A DNA stretch of 64,000 nt from an uncultured cyanobacterium (GCA_963740315.1 CAVUDP010000002.1:2144001-2208000); one strand, 5' to 3'. Shown: positions 10,756 to 21,861, counted from the first letter of the stretch. Translations and numbers: made by a program. The notes: generated by a model from the letters alone, not told the origin.

Positions 10756-11100
10756 ATGGTGTTCGATCCAGACTTTTTGAACGACAACTTCGAGCAACAC
10801 CCGAATCAAAATATTTTTGACAACATTGAGGAAAATCCCAATCAGTTGCTTAAATATCTTGAGCATCAACCTCCGGAGGTTTTAGCACGGGTAGCCCAGT
10901 CTGTCAGCCCCGAAATAAAACAAATCATTTCGCAAAATGTCCAAGGGCTTGTAGGAATGTTACCCCCCGCAAATTTTAACGTGCAGGTGACAACAGACAG
11001 GGATAATCTTGCTGGACTCTTAGCTTCAGCAATGATGACGGGGTATTTCCTGCGCCAAATGGAACAGAGAATGAATTTGGATAATTTAACTAACAAATAA
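10756..11100 (+). CDS. DUF760 domain protein
   Basis: QNVQGLVGMLP...TTDRDNLAGLLASAMMTGYFLRQMEQR motif. Confidence 0.85.
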   Translation: MVFDPDFLNDNFEQHPNQNIFDNIEENPNQLLKYLEHQPPEVLARVAQSVSPEIKQIISQNVQGLVGMLPPANFNVQVTTDRDNLAGLLASAMMTGYFLRQMEQRMNLDNLTNK

Positions 11101-11216
11101 TGCTTACGAGTTATGGGTTAAGAGCGTTAATTGATTGACGGCTTCGGGGTTATTACCATAAATTGCGATCGCCCAAATCCGGCAACTGTTAACAAACTCT
11201 TAACTCTTAACTGTTT

Positions 11217-12422
11217 CTATTTATAGGGATAAATCCCTGACTGTACTTTAAATGATTGAAGTTTGCCTTCTCGTTTAACTTGAATTTGCAGAATATCTCC
11301 CACTTTTGAGGATTCAACAAATTTTTGTACTTGTGCGGAAGATTTTACAGGTTGTCCGTTAAGTTTTTCAATAATGTCCCCAGGGCGCAATCCAGCTTCT
11401 TCTGCGGGGGAATCCGAAGTAACTCTTCTAACTAGAATTCCAGTTTCCTGTTTTAATGAGAGCGATGTTTCTTGATCGAGCTGCTTTTTCTTACTAGGAG
11501 TCAAATCCACCATTTCGATACCCAGGAATGGATGTTGTACTTTTCCTTTAGTAAATAATTCGTCGGCAATACGGGCGGCAGTTTCAATCGGAATCGCAAA
11601 TCCTAACCCTTGTGCGTCGGCGCGAATCGCTGTATTAACCCCAATCACTTCACCTCGTGAATTTAATAAAGGTCCCCCAGAATTACCGGGGTTGATCGCA
11701 GCGTCTGTTTGAATAAAGCTAACTCGCTTATCTGGAACTCCTACTTGAGCGCTTGTGCGATCGGTAGCGCTGATAATTCCAATCGTGACAGTATTATCCA
11801 AACCCAAGGGATTACCAATGGCGATCGCCCATTGCCCCGGAATCAAGTTTCGAGAACTTCCTAATTTAACGTTAGGTAGTTTGGTTGATGGAATCTTGAC
11901 AACGGCTACATCGGTGATTTTATCAACGCCAACCACTTTACCTTCAAAAGTACGACCATCTTTGAGCGTTACCTGTACGGTATCTGTATCTGCAACTACA
12001 TGGGCATTGGTGAGTAATTTCCCATCGTCGCTTAAGATAAAACCCGAACCCGTACCGCGCTCGATTCTTTCTTGAGGAAAAGGTTGCTCATCCTCTCCAA
12101 AAAATCGACGTAGGAGAGGATTTTTCAACGCTTTTGAGATTGGATTTGCTACTTTACGGGTAGCATTAATACGGACTACCGCAGACCCCGTTTTTTGTAC
12201 TGCCGTAGCAATAAAATTCATGTCACCACCTTCGTTTTCACCAACGGATCTTCCCACTGGACGGTTGATAACACTTTCTGGAGGTAAAGCTACTGTAACA
12301 TTTTTGAAATTATTAAAAGAACGACTTTGCGGCAGGAGATAGCGACTTCCGAATAAACCTGCACCACCGCCAATCGCCACTAAAGAGAGGGAAACAACTA
12401 TTTGTTTTACAGATAACTTCAT
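11217..12422 (-). CDS. HtrA/DegP-family serine protease (HhoA/HhoB type) with PDZ domain
   Basis: GTGSGFI, LTNAHVV, DVAVVKI, IQTDAAINPGNSGGPL and a C-terminal PDZ domain. N-terminal hydrophobic anchor. Confidence 0.94.
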   Translation of the reverse strand: MKLSVKQIVVSLSLVAIGGGAGLFGSRYLLPQSRSFNNFKNVTVALPPESVINRPVGRSVGENEGGDMNFIATAVQKTGSAVVRINATRKVANPISKALKNPLLRRFFGEDEQPFPQERIERGTGSGFILSDDGKLLTNAHVVADTDTVQVTLKDGRTFEGKVVGVDKITDVAVVKIPSTKLPNVKLGSSRNLIPGQWAIAIGNPLGLDNTVTIGIISATDRTSAQVGVPDKRVSFIQTDAAINPGNSGGPLLNSRGEVIGVNTAIRADAQGLGFAIPIETAARIADELFTKGKVQHPFLGIEMVDLTPSKKKQLDQETSLSLKQETGILVRRVTSDSPAEEAGLRPGDIIEKLNGQPVKSSAQVQKFVESSKVGDILQIQVKREGKLQSFKVQSGIYPYK

Positions 12423-12781
12423 AACCATAACGTTCAAAGACAGCAATGCAGATGCTAATTTTTAGATTTAGTCAAGTAGACCAATTGACATTTGAGACAA
12501 ACGAGTAAAAATATTCACCTTTAAATACTAAAATCAATAGAAGTCATAGTTCAAATTTCTTGGTGAAATATAGACATGATGACTTCTGACCTCATTAGTT
12601 ATCAGTTGCGCGTTGCTAGTAATTAATTGAAAAAAGAACAGATGAATAGATATCCTTTTTATTTTATGTAAACTTTGTTAAACAAAGTGTTTGCTAGCAA
12701 GCATTAGCTGTTAACTAATTAATGTGCCGATAGTAAATCTTTAAAATAATCTATAAATAAACTTATCATTTTTTTATATAC

Positions 12782-13660
12782 ATGAGCTTCCGTTATTGTT
12801 CAGTCTTGTTTTGTAGTTTAGTTGGTATAGTTGGATTAATATCCACATCGACTAACTTAGCCTTGGCACAGTCGAAGGAAAAAAATTGTCCAACACCAGC
12901 CTTGGAACGTTTTGTGCGTCATCAAGTAGCACCAGAAGAAACTTTAGAAGTCATAGCACAAAGCTATAGTATTACTCCTGCAACCATTATCCGCATGAAT
13001 CCTACAATACGTAACGGTAAAGTTACTGTAGGTAAAAATTTAATTATTCCTCCCTATGATGGGATTGTAGTAAAAGTGCCGAGCGGACAGAATTGGCGAC
13101 AAGTAGCAGCAAAACATAAAATTCGTGCCGACGCGCTTTTTGAGGTTAATGGTTGTCAAGAAAATCCGAGAGTGGTTTTTGTTCCGCAATTGAAGAAATC
13201 ATCAAATTCGACTCAAACAGCATCAACCATCGATACTATTTCTAATTCTAGTAAATTAACTGGATATCCTCTACCAGAAAATACTGCTGTTACGTTCCCC
13301 TATGGATGGCAAATAAATCCAAACAACGGTGATGTTTTTTTCCATAGCGGTATAGACTTGTCAGCACAACCGGGAACCCCCGTACAAGCAATTAGTGAAG
13401 GAGTAGTGGTATTTGCCCAAGAACAAGGTTCTTACGGCAACTTAGTCATAATAAATCACAGCAGCGGAATGCAAAGCCGCTATGCCCACCTCAAGGATAT
13501 CAAAGTTAACGTCGGCGAGGAAGTAAATAAAGGTGATTTAGTCGGAAGCGTCGGAACCACCGGAACACCAACTTTGAAAAAACCCCACCTTCATTTTGAA
13601 ATACGTTCCAGTTCATCTCTTGGTTGGGTAGCGAAAGATCCCAATGAGTATTTGAAGTAA
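12782..13660 (+). CDS. LysM + M23 metallopeptidase
   Basis: Signal peptide, LysM-like region, then HSGID, SRYAHL and PHLHFE motifs. Confidence 0.92.
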   Translation: MSFRYCSVLFCSLVGIVGLISTSTNLALAQSKEKNCPTPALERFVRHQVAPEETLEVIAQSYSITPATIIRMNPTIRNGKVTVGKNLIIPPYDGIVVKVPSGQNWRQVAAKHKIRADALFEVNGCQENPRVVFVPQLKKSSNSTQTASTIDTISNSSKLTGYPLPENTAVTFPYGWQINPNNGDVFFHSGIDLSAQPGTPVQAISEGVVVFAQEQGSYGNLVIINHSSGMQSRYAHLKDIKVNVGEEVNKGDLVGSVGTTGTPTLKKPHLHFEIRSSSSLGWVAKDPNEYLK

Positions 13661-13661
13661 T

Positions 13662-13851
13662 TGGGGATGGGTTCGGGGGTTCGGGGGTTCGGGGGTTCGG
13701 GGGTTCGGGGGTTCGGGGGTTCGGGGGAGAGGGGGAGAGGGGGAGATGGGGGGATGGGGTTCGGGGGAGATGGGGTTCGGGGGAGATGGGGAGATGGGGA
13801 GATGGGGGGATGGGGTTTGGGGGAGATGGGGGGATGGGGTTCGGGGGAGAG
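13662..13851. repeat. G-rich 8-mer tandem repeats (gggttcgg / ggggagat)
   Basis: Seen directly; they generate the Pro- and Gly-rich shadow ORFs at 13591-13972. Confidence 0.9.
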
Positions 13852-14004
13852 AAAATTCAACCTTAACCCTCAAACTGGAAGTCTGGGGAACCATCCAAAC
13901 GAAGCCCACCTGCGTAGGCTAATAGGTAATATCAGATTCAAAATTCAAAATTCTACAACTCCTCATTCCTAACTCCTAACTGCTCACTGCTCACTGCTCA
14001 CTGC

Positions 14005-15009
14005 TCACTGCTCACTGCTCACTGTCTTCATTCCCGATAAAGCAAATCTCTTAAATGCTGCATCTGCCTGTTCTGTGTAATCGATGACTCCGGGTATTAC
14101 CACGGGTGAGGTGCAGTCTTCGAGGAGATGAATTTTTTGGGCAAGGTTAATATCTATTTTCTTAATATCTGTTAATAAATCGTCGATCGTCCAAGCTACG
14201 CAGTGACTTTTTGCTTGTCCGGCAATGATGATTTTATCAAATTCTAGAAGCTGTTTGATTAAATGAGTATTTTTTTCTGCGATCGCACGATTATCAAAAC
14301 TTTGTAAAACTTCCGGGCTTAGTACGGAATAATTTTCAGTTAAAGGATTGTTGCCTTTGATTTCAAATTGTGCTTGAGAGTTGCGAGCGATCGAGTGAAA
14401 AAATATCGCTTCTTCCACGGCAGAAACCAAAGCATGACCGATTCCACCTAACATGGAATGATATGACCAAACGGTGAGGGGATATTTACCGTTGTCGGTG
14501 AGTTTTTTGACGTAATGATAAGCGTATTTTTCTAAAAATTCGTAGTCATATCCCAAGCTGAAACTAACTGCTGGGTTAACCTGCCAATTACCTTTATTAA
14601 TATCATCGGGAACAATATTAGTAGCCGAAGGAATCGGATGTTCCCCTGCGGAATTTACCCAGAATACTGGATGAAAAATTTGCATTGCCGTGTGAGTATC
14701 CATCGTAGGTACGATCGTGGTAATTTCACCTAAATTGCGATAAATAAATTCACACAAACGGATATTATCTGCGATCGCGCCTTTTCCCGACTTGCCACCA
14801 ACGAATAATTCAAATTCGGGAATACAAAAAGTGTTTTGAACATCAATTAATAAAAGACAAACCCGGTTTTTATCTTCAGATGCTGGTTTGATATCGTGTT
14901 GTTTTGCCCATGCTTGAGCATCGATGGAGCGTTGTTGGTAAGGTACCCGCCATATTTCGCCGACTTTTGCGGGGTTGAAGTGTGGGGGGATGGGGAGTTG
15001 GGGGTTCAT
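14005..15009 (-). CDS. Isochorismatase/nicotinamidase-family cysteine hydrolase
   Basis: LLLIDVQNTFC, TMDTH and IAGQAKSHCV (catalytic Cys) motifs. The last codons run into an actgctc STRR tract (13957-14023). Confidence 0.85.
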   Translation of the reverse strand: MNPQLPIPPHFNPAKVGEIWRVPYQQRSIDAQAWAKQHDIKPASEDKNRVCLLLIDVQNTFCIPEFELFVGGKSGKGAIADNIRLCEFIYRNLGEITTIVPTMDTHTAMQIFHPVFWVNSAGEHPIPSATNIVPDDINKGNWQVNPAVSFSLGYDYEFLEKYAYHYVKKLTDNGKYPLTVWSYHSMLGGIGHALVSAVEEAIFFHSIARNSQAQFEIKGNNPLTENYSVLSPEVLQSFDNRAIAEKNTHLIKQLLEFDKIIIAGQAKSHCVAWTIDDLLTDIKKIDINLAQKIHLLEDCTSPVVIPGVIDYTEQADAAFKRFALSGMKTVSSEQ

Positions 15010-15023
15010 TTTTATATTTAAGT

Positions 15024-16616
15024 TTAATTTTGCTTGATTATTGTTAAATATGTAGGCGTTTTTATACTATATGTATTGCTAGACGGGTTAAATTGTATAA
15101 AATCCATTCCTTGGTCAAAAATAATTTGGTATTTTTGACCATCTGTTCTTTCAATTTCTAGCAGTCGTGCATGGTCGAAATAATCTCTACAACTTAAAGG
15201 TTGAACTTCAACCTTTAAAATAATTCCTTTATTAGTAAATTGATTGAGACAATTTTCTAATTCATATTTACGTAAATGAGCAGGCGTATTATCTTTTTCA
15301 AGTACTTTGATTTTTACATATGATGTTGATTTAAGCCAATTGCCGGTCAAAATATTAGCAAGTATACTTGCTCCTTTACCAAATAAATAGCGGTCACGAT
15401 AAAATATAGTTTTAACTACACCTTCATTTAAAATTTTTTCAATTCCTAATTCTTTTCGCAGTAGTGTAATATTCAAATCTTGTCCATCAGGTTCTAAAGC
15501 TATTAAATAAGCATTTAGACTATTTAACTTTGACGATTCTTTTTCTAGAACTTCTATTCTTTTGATATTACTATTTTCTTTTTCTTTTAAGCTTTGAATT
15601 AATAAGTTAAGTCTATTTACTTTACTTTTAGCTTCTGACTCTCTATGTTGATATTTCAAAAGTTCTTCTTTTAAAACTCTTAATTGTTCTAATTTATTTT
15701 CTTGATTGCTTGATTGACTATTTAAATCATTATTTAATTTAGAAATTCGTTGTATGAGTATTTGATTATGATTGTGTAATTCATCAATCATTCGTTGTTG
15801 GTCTGGTAATTGAAGGGAAACTTCTTCCTGTTTATTCTGATTACGCTTTAGCTCTTGCTTGAACTGATACAATAACTTTTTATATTGTTTATCTGTATGT
15901 TCTAATTTATTCTGGTGTAATTGCTCTTGAATTTTTCGTTTGTAAATCAAAAATTCGATAATAATCCATGAAGCAAACCCTCCTACTAAAAAAAGAGCCA
16001 TTGTTAAAGAATAATCTTTATGCGCTCCACTTGTACTCAAAGGTTTTTTAACCCAACGTTGATAGTCTTCTAAGAAACTCGGGGAAATACCTCGTATGTA
16101 ATATACTCTTCCTATAATCCTTCCGGCGTTTTCCTTGCCAGTATCAGTTCGCTCTTCAGTACGAGGACTATCATATTTTGATTCAGTTAATAGAGGAGGT
16201 GGATTTCTTAATAAGTCATACGGATGCAGCAATAAATCTTCGGGCTTAAGTTGTGTCTTCCAGCTTCTATATGATTTAGTTGAATATAAAATTTTTTGAT
16301 TAAGACAATTTTTTTCTTCTATTCTACAATCAGTTACAACTAATCCAAAAAAACCATAATTACTATTTAAAGTTTGTTGTAATTCATCAAGGTCTTTTTT
16401 TTGCAATGCATAAGATAGTTTAGTAGGTAATGTGTGAGATAAAATATTGAAATCAACGGTTTGAGTTCGATATATAGTTCCATTCCAGTAATATTGATAG
16501 TCCGTCCAATTTGATAAAGTCGCTACGAAGCAAGCAACGGAGCTTGTCATCATAAATCTGATAACACTACCAATACGGTTTTGCACCACTGTCTTTAAAT
16601 TGAGATTATTACGCAT
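15024..16616 (-). CDS. Hypothetical membrane protein: TM / extracytoplasmic domain / TM / coiled coil / globular C-terminal domain
   Basis: Hydrophobic segments IRFMMTSSVACFVATL and LTMALFLVGGFASWIIIEFLIY, a Q/E/K/L-rich coiled-coil middle, and C-terminal YRDRYL...HARLLEI...IIFDQGMDF. Confidence 0.7.
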   Translation of the reverse strand: MRNNLNLKTVVQNRIGSVIRFMMTSSVACFVATLSNWTDYQYYWNGTIYRTQTVDFNILSHTLPTKLSYALQKKDLDELQQTLNSNYGFFGLVVTDCRIEEKNCLNQKILYSTKSYRSWKTQLKPEDLLLHPYDLLRNPPPLLTESKYDSPRTEERTDTGKENAGRIIGRVYYIRGISPSFLEDYQRWVKKPLSTSGAHKDYSLTMALFLVGGFASWIIIEFLIYKRKIQEQLHQNKLEHTDKQYKKLLYQFKQELKRNQNKQEEVSLQLPDQQRMIDELHNHNQILIQRISKLNNDLNSQSSNQENKLEQLRVLKEELLKYQHRESEAKSKVNRLNLLIQSLKEKENSNIKRIEVLEKESSKLNSLNAYLIALEPDGQDLNITLLRKELGIEKILNEGVVKTIFYRDRYLFGKGASILANILTGNWLKSTSYVKIKVLEKDNTPAHLRKYELENCLNQFTNKGIILKVEVQPLSCRDYFDHARLLEIERTDGQKYQIIFDQGMDFIQFNPSSNTYSIKTPTYLTIIKQN

Positions 16617-16780
16617 TAATATTCCCGAATACACCCTTTGTATAGATTTTGGCAGGATATAAATTTTATTTTCAAGGGAAAATTTGCGTATTCACGTATT
16701 ATAGTTTGACAGCGATTAAGTAAGTTTACTAATATATATACAGCTTAATATGAACGTCTTTTTACTTAATTTTTTGGTTT

Positions 16781-16858
16781 GTAGGTTGGGTAGAAGGAAG
16801 TGAAACCTAAGAATTTATGATAAAGCTATGTTGGGTTTCGTTGCTCAACCCAACCTAC
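16781..16858. repeat. Small dispersed palindromic repeat (GTAGGTTGGG...CCCAACCTAC family)
   Basis: Inverted ends gtaggttggg / cccaacctac; a degenerate half-copy lies at 17161-17190. Confidence 0.75.
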
Positions 16859-17186
16859 GAAGACTTTCGATATTCTTTAAATTACCTGCTTTAAGCATAA
16901 TTACTAAATGCTCAATCCGCTCGTATTCATCAAGCTCTATACGTTCTTGTTCGTTTATATCACCTGCTTTACTACGTTCTAAAAGAAGGCGCAAACGAGT
17001 TTGCATTTCAGGTGTGGGACGAGAATTAGCGATTTCTTCTGGTGTGGGTAAGGTTGCCAGAAAATCTAATATGTAGCGATAAGTATGAGCAGCTAACGGT
17101 GGTTGCTGAAGGCTCAAAGTAAGTAATTCTAGAAGGCGATCTTTGATATTTAGATTTATTGTTGGATTATGCTTTCCTCCAACCAA
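16845..17186 (-). pseudogene. Probably 5'-truncated small cyanobacterial antitoxin-like hypothetical gene
   Basis: Core YRYILDFLATLPTPEEIANSRPTPEMQTRLRLLLERSKAG...ELDEYERIEHLVIMLK is a recurrent cyanobacterial small-protein family. Both ORF ends (MVGGKHNPT, RRLG) are encoded by repeat DNA. Confidence 0.5.
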
Positions 17187-17472
17187 CCTAAAATTATTGT
17201 TTATTTTTTATCTTGTAGTGCGAGCGTCTCGCTCGCTATATAGTCTCGCTCGCTAGATATCCTACTGGTAAATACAATAACTTTTTCAAAGCATTTGCTG
17301 TATAGTTTATATCTACGTAACTATTTAATTAACTGTATTAAAGCTGTTTTATCCAAATTATTAGTTTTTTTCCAAGAAATTTAACATCAAATCACGCTTA
17401 ATTATGGCAATCTGAAAAACAGAATGTTTGAAAATTTGATATCTTCGCTACAGAATTTTACTTAAACAGGTT

Positions 17473-18717
17473 ATGCAAACCCTGCCAACACCAACAACTA
17501 CAAACACCGCATCTACGACTCCCGCTTTTGAAACCACTATTAAGCGGCGCAAAACCCGCCCTGTAAGGGTCGGAGATGTTACCATCGGGTCGGGGTACCC
17601 CGTGGTGGTGCAGTCGATGATTAATGAGGATACTTTGGATATCGCCGGTTCCGTGGCTGGTATTCGTCGCTTGCATGAAATCGGCTGCGAAATTGTCCGC
17701 GTTACCGTACCGAGTATGGCTCATGCTAAAGCTTTATCTGAAATTAAACAAAAGTTAAAGCAAACTTATCGGGATGTGCCAATTGTTGCCGACGTACATC
17801 ACAACGGTATGAAAATTGCTTTGGAAGTTGCCAAGCATATCGAAAAGGTACGGATTAATCCGGGGTTATACGTTTTTGAAAAGCCAGATGTGAATCGAAC
17901 TGAATATACTAAAGCTGAATTCGATGAAATTGGCGAAAAAATAGCCGAAACCATGAAGCCTTTGATCGTTTCTCTACGCGATCGAGGGAAAGCCATGCGA
18001 ATCGGTGTAAATCACGGTTCCCTCGCCGAACGAATGCTGTTTACTTACGGCGATACTCCGGAAGGAATGGTGGAATCGGCGCTGGAATTTATTCGTATTT
18101 GCGAATCTTTAGATTTTCATAATATCGTAATTTCACTGAAGGCTTCGCGAGTGCCGGTAATGTTGGCTGCATATCGGTTGATGGCGCAACGGATGGATGC
18201 TGAAGGTATGAATTATCCTTTGCATTTGGGCGTTACGGAAGCTGGAGATGGGGAATACGGACGAATTAAGTCTACGGCGGGAATTGCTACTTTGTTAGCC
18301 GACGGAATTGGCGATACAATTCGGGTTTCTTTGACCGAAGCACCGGAAAAAGAAATTCCAGTTTGTTATAGTATTTTGCAGGCTTTGGGATTGCGGAAGA
18401 CAATGGTAGAATACGTCGCTTGTCCTTCCTGCGGTCGCACTTTGTTTAATTTAGAGGAAGTGCTGCACCTGGTGCGCGAAGCAACCAGTCACCTCACGGG
18501 ATTGGATATTGCTGTTATGGGCTGCATCGTCAACGGACCTGGAGAAATGGCTGATGCTGATTACGGTTATGTCGGCAAGACTCCCGGCTTAATCTCACTT
18601 TACAGGGGTAGAGAGGAAATTAAAAAAGTTCCTGAAGATAAAGGCGTGGAGGAATTGATAAACTTAATTAAAGCCGACGGACGTTGGGTCGAACCCGATC
18701 GCAAAAAAGGTTCGTAA
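17473..18717 (+). CDS. ispG: (E)-4-hydroxy-3-methylbut-2-enyl-diphosphate synthase
   Basis: [38 protein letters not shown] and [10 protein letters not shown]. Confidence 0.97.
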   Translation: MQTLPTPTTTNTASTTPAFETTIKRRKTRPVRVGDVTIGSGYPVVVQSMINEDTLDIAGSVAGIRRLHEIGCEIVRVTVPSMAHAKALSEIKQKLKQTYRDVPIVADVHHNGMKIALEVAKHIEKVRINPGLYVFEKPDVNRTEYTKAEFDEIGEKIAETMKPLIVSLRDRGKAMRIGVNHGSLAERMLFTYGDTPEGMVESALEFIRICESLDFHNIVISLKASRVPVMLAAYRLMAQRMDAEGMNYPLHLGVTEAGDGEYGRIKSTAGIATLLADGIGDTIRVSLTEAPEKEIPVCYSILQALGLRKTMVEYVACPSCGRTLFNLEEVLHLVREATSHLTGLDIAVMGCIVNGPGEMADADYGYVGKTPGLISLYRGREEIKKVPEDKGVEELINLIKADGRWVEPDRKKGS

Positions 18718-18872
18718 AACAAAATTCTTGCTAGTTTTGCAATACACCGCAAAGCTAGCCGGATTATCGGATAAATTTACCGAAATAACAAATTATGCTC
18801 GGTCTGTACAGCGATATGCTGTGTTAGATTGAGCATACTGACTATGTAAATTCAGTCTGGCACAACTGTAAT

Positions 18873-20162
18873 ATGGTGATTACTAGAAGTGGACTTGTTT
18901 TAGGTGCTACAGCCCTGACGCTTTCTACGATTGCTGTCGCGGGTTTTGGCATCCATTCACAAGGACAAGCCTTATTTAAAGAAGGTCCTAAAGAGATAGT
19001 AGACGAAGTTTGGCAAATTATTCATCGCCAATATGTAGATGGCACATTCAATCAGGTAGATTGGCAAGCTGTTCGCAAAGAGTACTTGAATAATAAGACT
19101 TACACGAACAAGGAGCAAGCCTACAAATCCATCCGGGAAATGCTTAAAAAGCTGGACGATCCCTATACCCGGTTTATGGACCCCAAAGAGTTCCAGAATA
19201 TGCAGGTGGATACTTCTGGGGAACTGACTGGTGTTGGTATCACAATTGGTCTTGATGATGAAACTAAAAAGTTGACCGTCATTGCCCCGTTGGAAGATAC
19301 CCCAGCATTTAAAGCTGGTATCTTGGCAAAAGATGTTATTACCAAAATTGATGGTAAAAGCACCGAGGGGATGGATACTAACCAAGCGGTAACTTTAATT
19401 CGAGGTGAACCTGGAAGTAAAGTTAACTTAACTATTTCTCGTAATGGGAAAGAAAAAGACTATTTAATTACGCGAGCAAAAATCGAAATTCATCCGGTCG
19501 ATTACTCTCTAAAACAAACTCCTGCGGGTAAAACTGGTTATATTCGTCTCAAGCAGTTTAGCGCTAATGCTTCTAAAGAAATGCGCGATGCTATTAGAGA
19601 TTTGGAGAAGAAGAACGTCGATGGATATGTTCTCGATTTACGTAATAATCCAGGCGGTTTGTTATTCTCCAGTATCGAAATTGCTCGGATGTGGCTCAAG
19701 GATGGTACGATTGTTTCCACAATTGACCGCAAAGGAGTCGTAGAAAAAGAAGCAGCAACCGGGCGATCGCTCACGGACAAACCATTAGTCGTTTTGGTAG
19801 ATAAAGGGAGTGCTAGTGCCAGTGAAATCCTTTCCGGTGCGTTGCAGGATAATAAGCGTGCTGTTTTAGTCGGCAGTAAGACTTTTGGTAAGGGCTTAGT
19901 GCAGTCAGTACGTCCCCTTAATGACGGTTCCGGAGTTGCAGTAACCATTGCTAAATATCATACCCCCAGCGGTGCAGATATTAATAAATCCGGGATTAAG
20001 CCAGATATCAAGGTGGAGTTGAGCGACGAACAGCGACAAAATTTGTGGCTCAAACAACGCGATAAACTTGCTACCTTACAAGATCCACAATTTGCCAAAG
20101 CTGTGGAAGAATTGAAAAAAGAAATTGCTGCAAAGGGCAATACTAGAGCGCAGACAAATTAG
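18873..20162 (+). CDS. Carboxyl-terminal processing protease (S41A, CtpB/CtpC type)
   Basis: DPYTRF, PDZ domain, LDLRNNPGG, SASASEI, TFGKGLVQ and TIAKYHTP. Confidence 0.94.
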   Translation: MVITRSGLVLGATALTLSTIAVAGFGIHSQGQALFKEGPKEIVDEVWQIIHRQYVDGTFNQVDWQAVRKEYLNNKTYTNKEQAYKSIREMLKKLDDPYTRFMDPKEFQNMQVDTSGELTGVGITIGLDDETKKLTVIAPLEDTPAFKAGILAKDVITKIDGKSTEGMDTNQAVTLIRGEPGSKVNLTISRNGKEKDYLITRAKIEIHPVDYSLKQTPAGKTGYIRLKQFSANASKEMRDAIRDLEKKNVDGYVLDLRNNPGGLLFSSIEIARMWLKDGTIVSTIDRKGVVEKEAATGRSLTDKPLVVLVDKGSASASEILSGALQDNKRAVLVGSKTFGKGLVQSVRPLNDGSGVAVTIAKYHTPSGADINKSGIKPDIKVELSDEQRQNLWLKQRDKLATLQDPQFAKAVEELKKEIAAKGNTRAQTN

Positions 20163-20270
20163 TTAGGAGTTGTAGAGACGCGATATATCGCGTCTATACA
20201 GGAATTAGAATTTGTTAAGCGGCATTTTTATTATTTATCTAATTTTTAATTTCTAACTTTTAACTTCTAT

Positions 20271-20453
20271 TTAAACGGGCTGACATTTTCCCGCCCTAAT
20301 TAACCCTATGCGGCGGGTAATGGCATCTTCAATCGAATTAAAAGGTCCCCACTTTTCTATAATCTCCCTATCGTCTTCAGCTGGTTGGCTGGAGACGATT
20401 TCGCAATTTCCGATTAAACTTTTGATAATATACCACTCTTGTGAAGATTCCAT
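20271..20453 (-). CDS. Small conserved cyanobacterial hypothetical protein
   Basis: WYIIK...GNCEI...WGPF...RRIGLIRAGKCQP pattern. Confidence 0.7.
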   Translation of the reverse strand: MESSQEWYIIKSLIGNCEIVSSQPAEDDREIIEKWGPFNSIEDAITRRIGLIRAGKCQPV

Positions 20454-20508
20454 AAATTAAATTAGCTAAAAATTATTTAAGTTGACTTCAAAATTTTAAT
20501 CTAATCGC

Positions 20509-21702
20509 TTAACGAGAGGGAGGCTTTTGCATTTGTAAGTTTTGCAGTTTGGGAGCGGAATAAATTGTTTGTATGGACAAGAAACTAAAAATTATTAAAG
20601 CTAGTCCAGAAACTACTCCTATTACCAAACCAATGTACAAAGCTGATTTGTGAGGAAAATTGGAAATTATCGTATCGGTAACTGAAGCTCGATCTACATT
20701 ATTTTGCGGTAATGTTGTTGATGGTATTGGATCGCTGGGGCTGGAGTCAAATCCGTCTAATGATGTTAATCTTTCTGGTGCAACTGGGTGAGTTTCTCTC
20801 TGGGAAAGAGCAGTTGAAGAATTTAATTTGATGTTTGTGCCCTTTAAAGCTGCATTCGACCGAATTCGCGGATATAAATCGGTCAACTGTATCAGTGCTG
20901 CAAGTGCTTCTTTTGCCGATTTATATCGGTTTTGAGAATGGTAGCATACCATTTTATTGATTATTGCAGCTAGTTTGGTATTAACTTTAACTAAGTGTTG
21001 CCAAGTAATTTCACCAGTCTTCGAGTCTTTTGGTAATTGTACGGGATGAACTCCAGTAAGTGCTTGAATGCCGATCGCACCAAGGGCATAGATATCACTA
21101 TTAGGAACTGGTCTACCTTGATGCTGTTCGTAAGGCATATAGCCCGGTGTACCAATTGCAATAGTTGTACTATCGGCATGACGTTGATTGCCAAACACTT
21201 CATGGAAAATTGGCTTCACAGCACCAAAATCAATCAGCACTAATCGATTGTCTTTTTCACGTCTCATAATATTGCTCGGCTTGATATCGCGATGAATTAG
21301 CCCTTGAGCGTGAACGCACATCAAAATACACAAAACTTCTTGCAGTAATTCAATTACTTTAGTTTGGGACCAGCGCTTACCGGGCTTTAATTCCGTGTTC
21401 AGAGAATGACCTTTGATAAACTCTTGTACTAAATAAAACTCTCGATCGCATTCAAAATGATTTAAAAGATGGGGAACGTATTCATAGTTGTCTAATTTTA
21501 CCAATGCTTCAACTTCGCGGATAAATAACCGTCTCCGGGTTTTCACTGGCAGCGCAATTCTATCGCTAGGTAGAAAATGTTTAACAACACAAGTGGGATA
21601 ATTAGCAACAGTAATGTCACGGGCAATATAAGTTTGACAAAACAACCCTTGATTTAAAATCTGAATTACCTGATAGCGATCGCATATAAATTTGCCTATC
21701 AT
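20509..21702 (-). CDS. Ser/Thr protein kinase (Pkn2 type) with C-terminal TM
   Basis: CVVK, HRDIKPSN, DFG, GTPGYM and SDIYALG. The Gly-loop is atypical (LNQGLFCQTY). TM LYIGLVIGVVSGLALIIFSFL. Confidence 0.92.
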   Translation of the reverse strand: MIGKFICDRYQVIQILNQGLFCQTYIARDITVANYPTCVVKHFLPSDRIALPVKTRRRLFIREVEALVKLDNYEYVPHLLNHFECDREFYLVQEFIKGHSLNTELKPGKRWSQTKVIELLQEVLCILMCVHAQGLIHRDIKPSNIMRREKDNRLVLIDFGAVKPIFHEVFGNQRHADSTTIAIGTPGYMPYEQHQGRPVPNSDIYALGAIGIQALTGVHPVQLPKDSKTGEITWQHLVKVNTKLAAIINKMVCYHSQNRYKSAKEALAALIQLTDLYPRIRSNAALKGTNIKLNSSTALSQRETHPVAPERLTSLDGFDSSPSDPIPSTTLPQNNVDRASVTDTIISNFPHKSALYIGLVIGVVSGLALIIFSFLSIQTIYSAPKLQNLQMQKPPSR

Positions 21703-21861
21703 AATTGTTTTTTATGATACTTTTTAAAAATAGATACAGTGTTATTGCTTAAACTGTATCTACCTGTTATTAATATTTTAGAAAGCTTTCCGTAAAATAA
21801 CCGAAAGTCATATCTAAACTTTTTAAAATAGAAAATTTCAATTTACGATTTTTGATTAAAA

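Noticed and set aside
13591..13972. Pro-rich and Gly-rich ORFs on both strands
   Set aside because: They are translations of G-rich tandem repeats between convergent genes.
20271..20453. Transposase fragment (a label sometimes given to this small family)
   Set aside because: 60 aa with no DDE motif, terminal repeats or target duplication.
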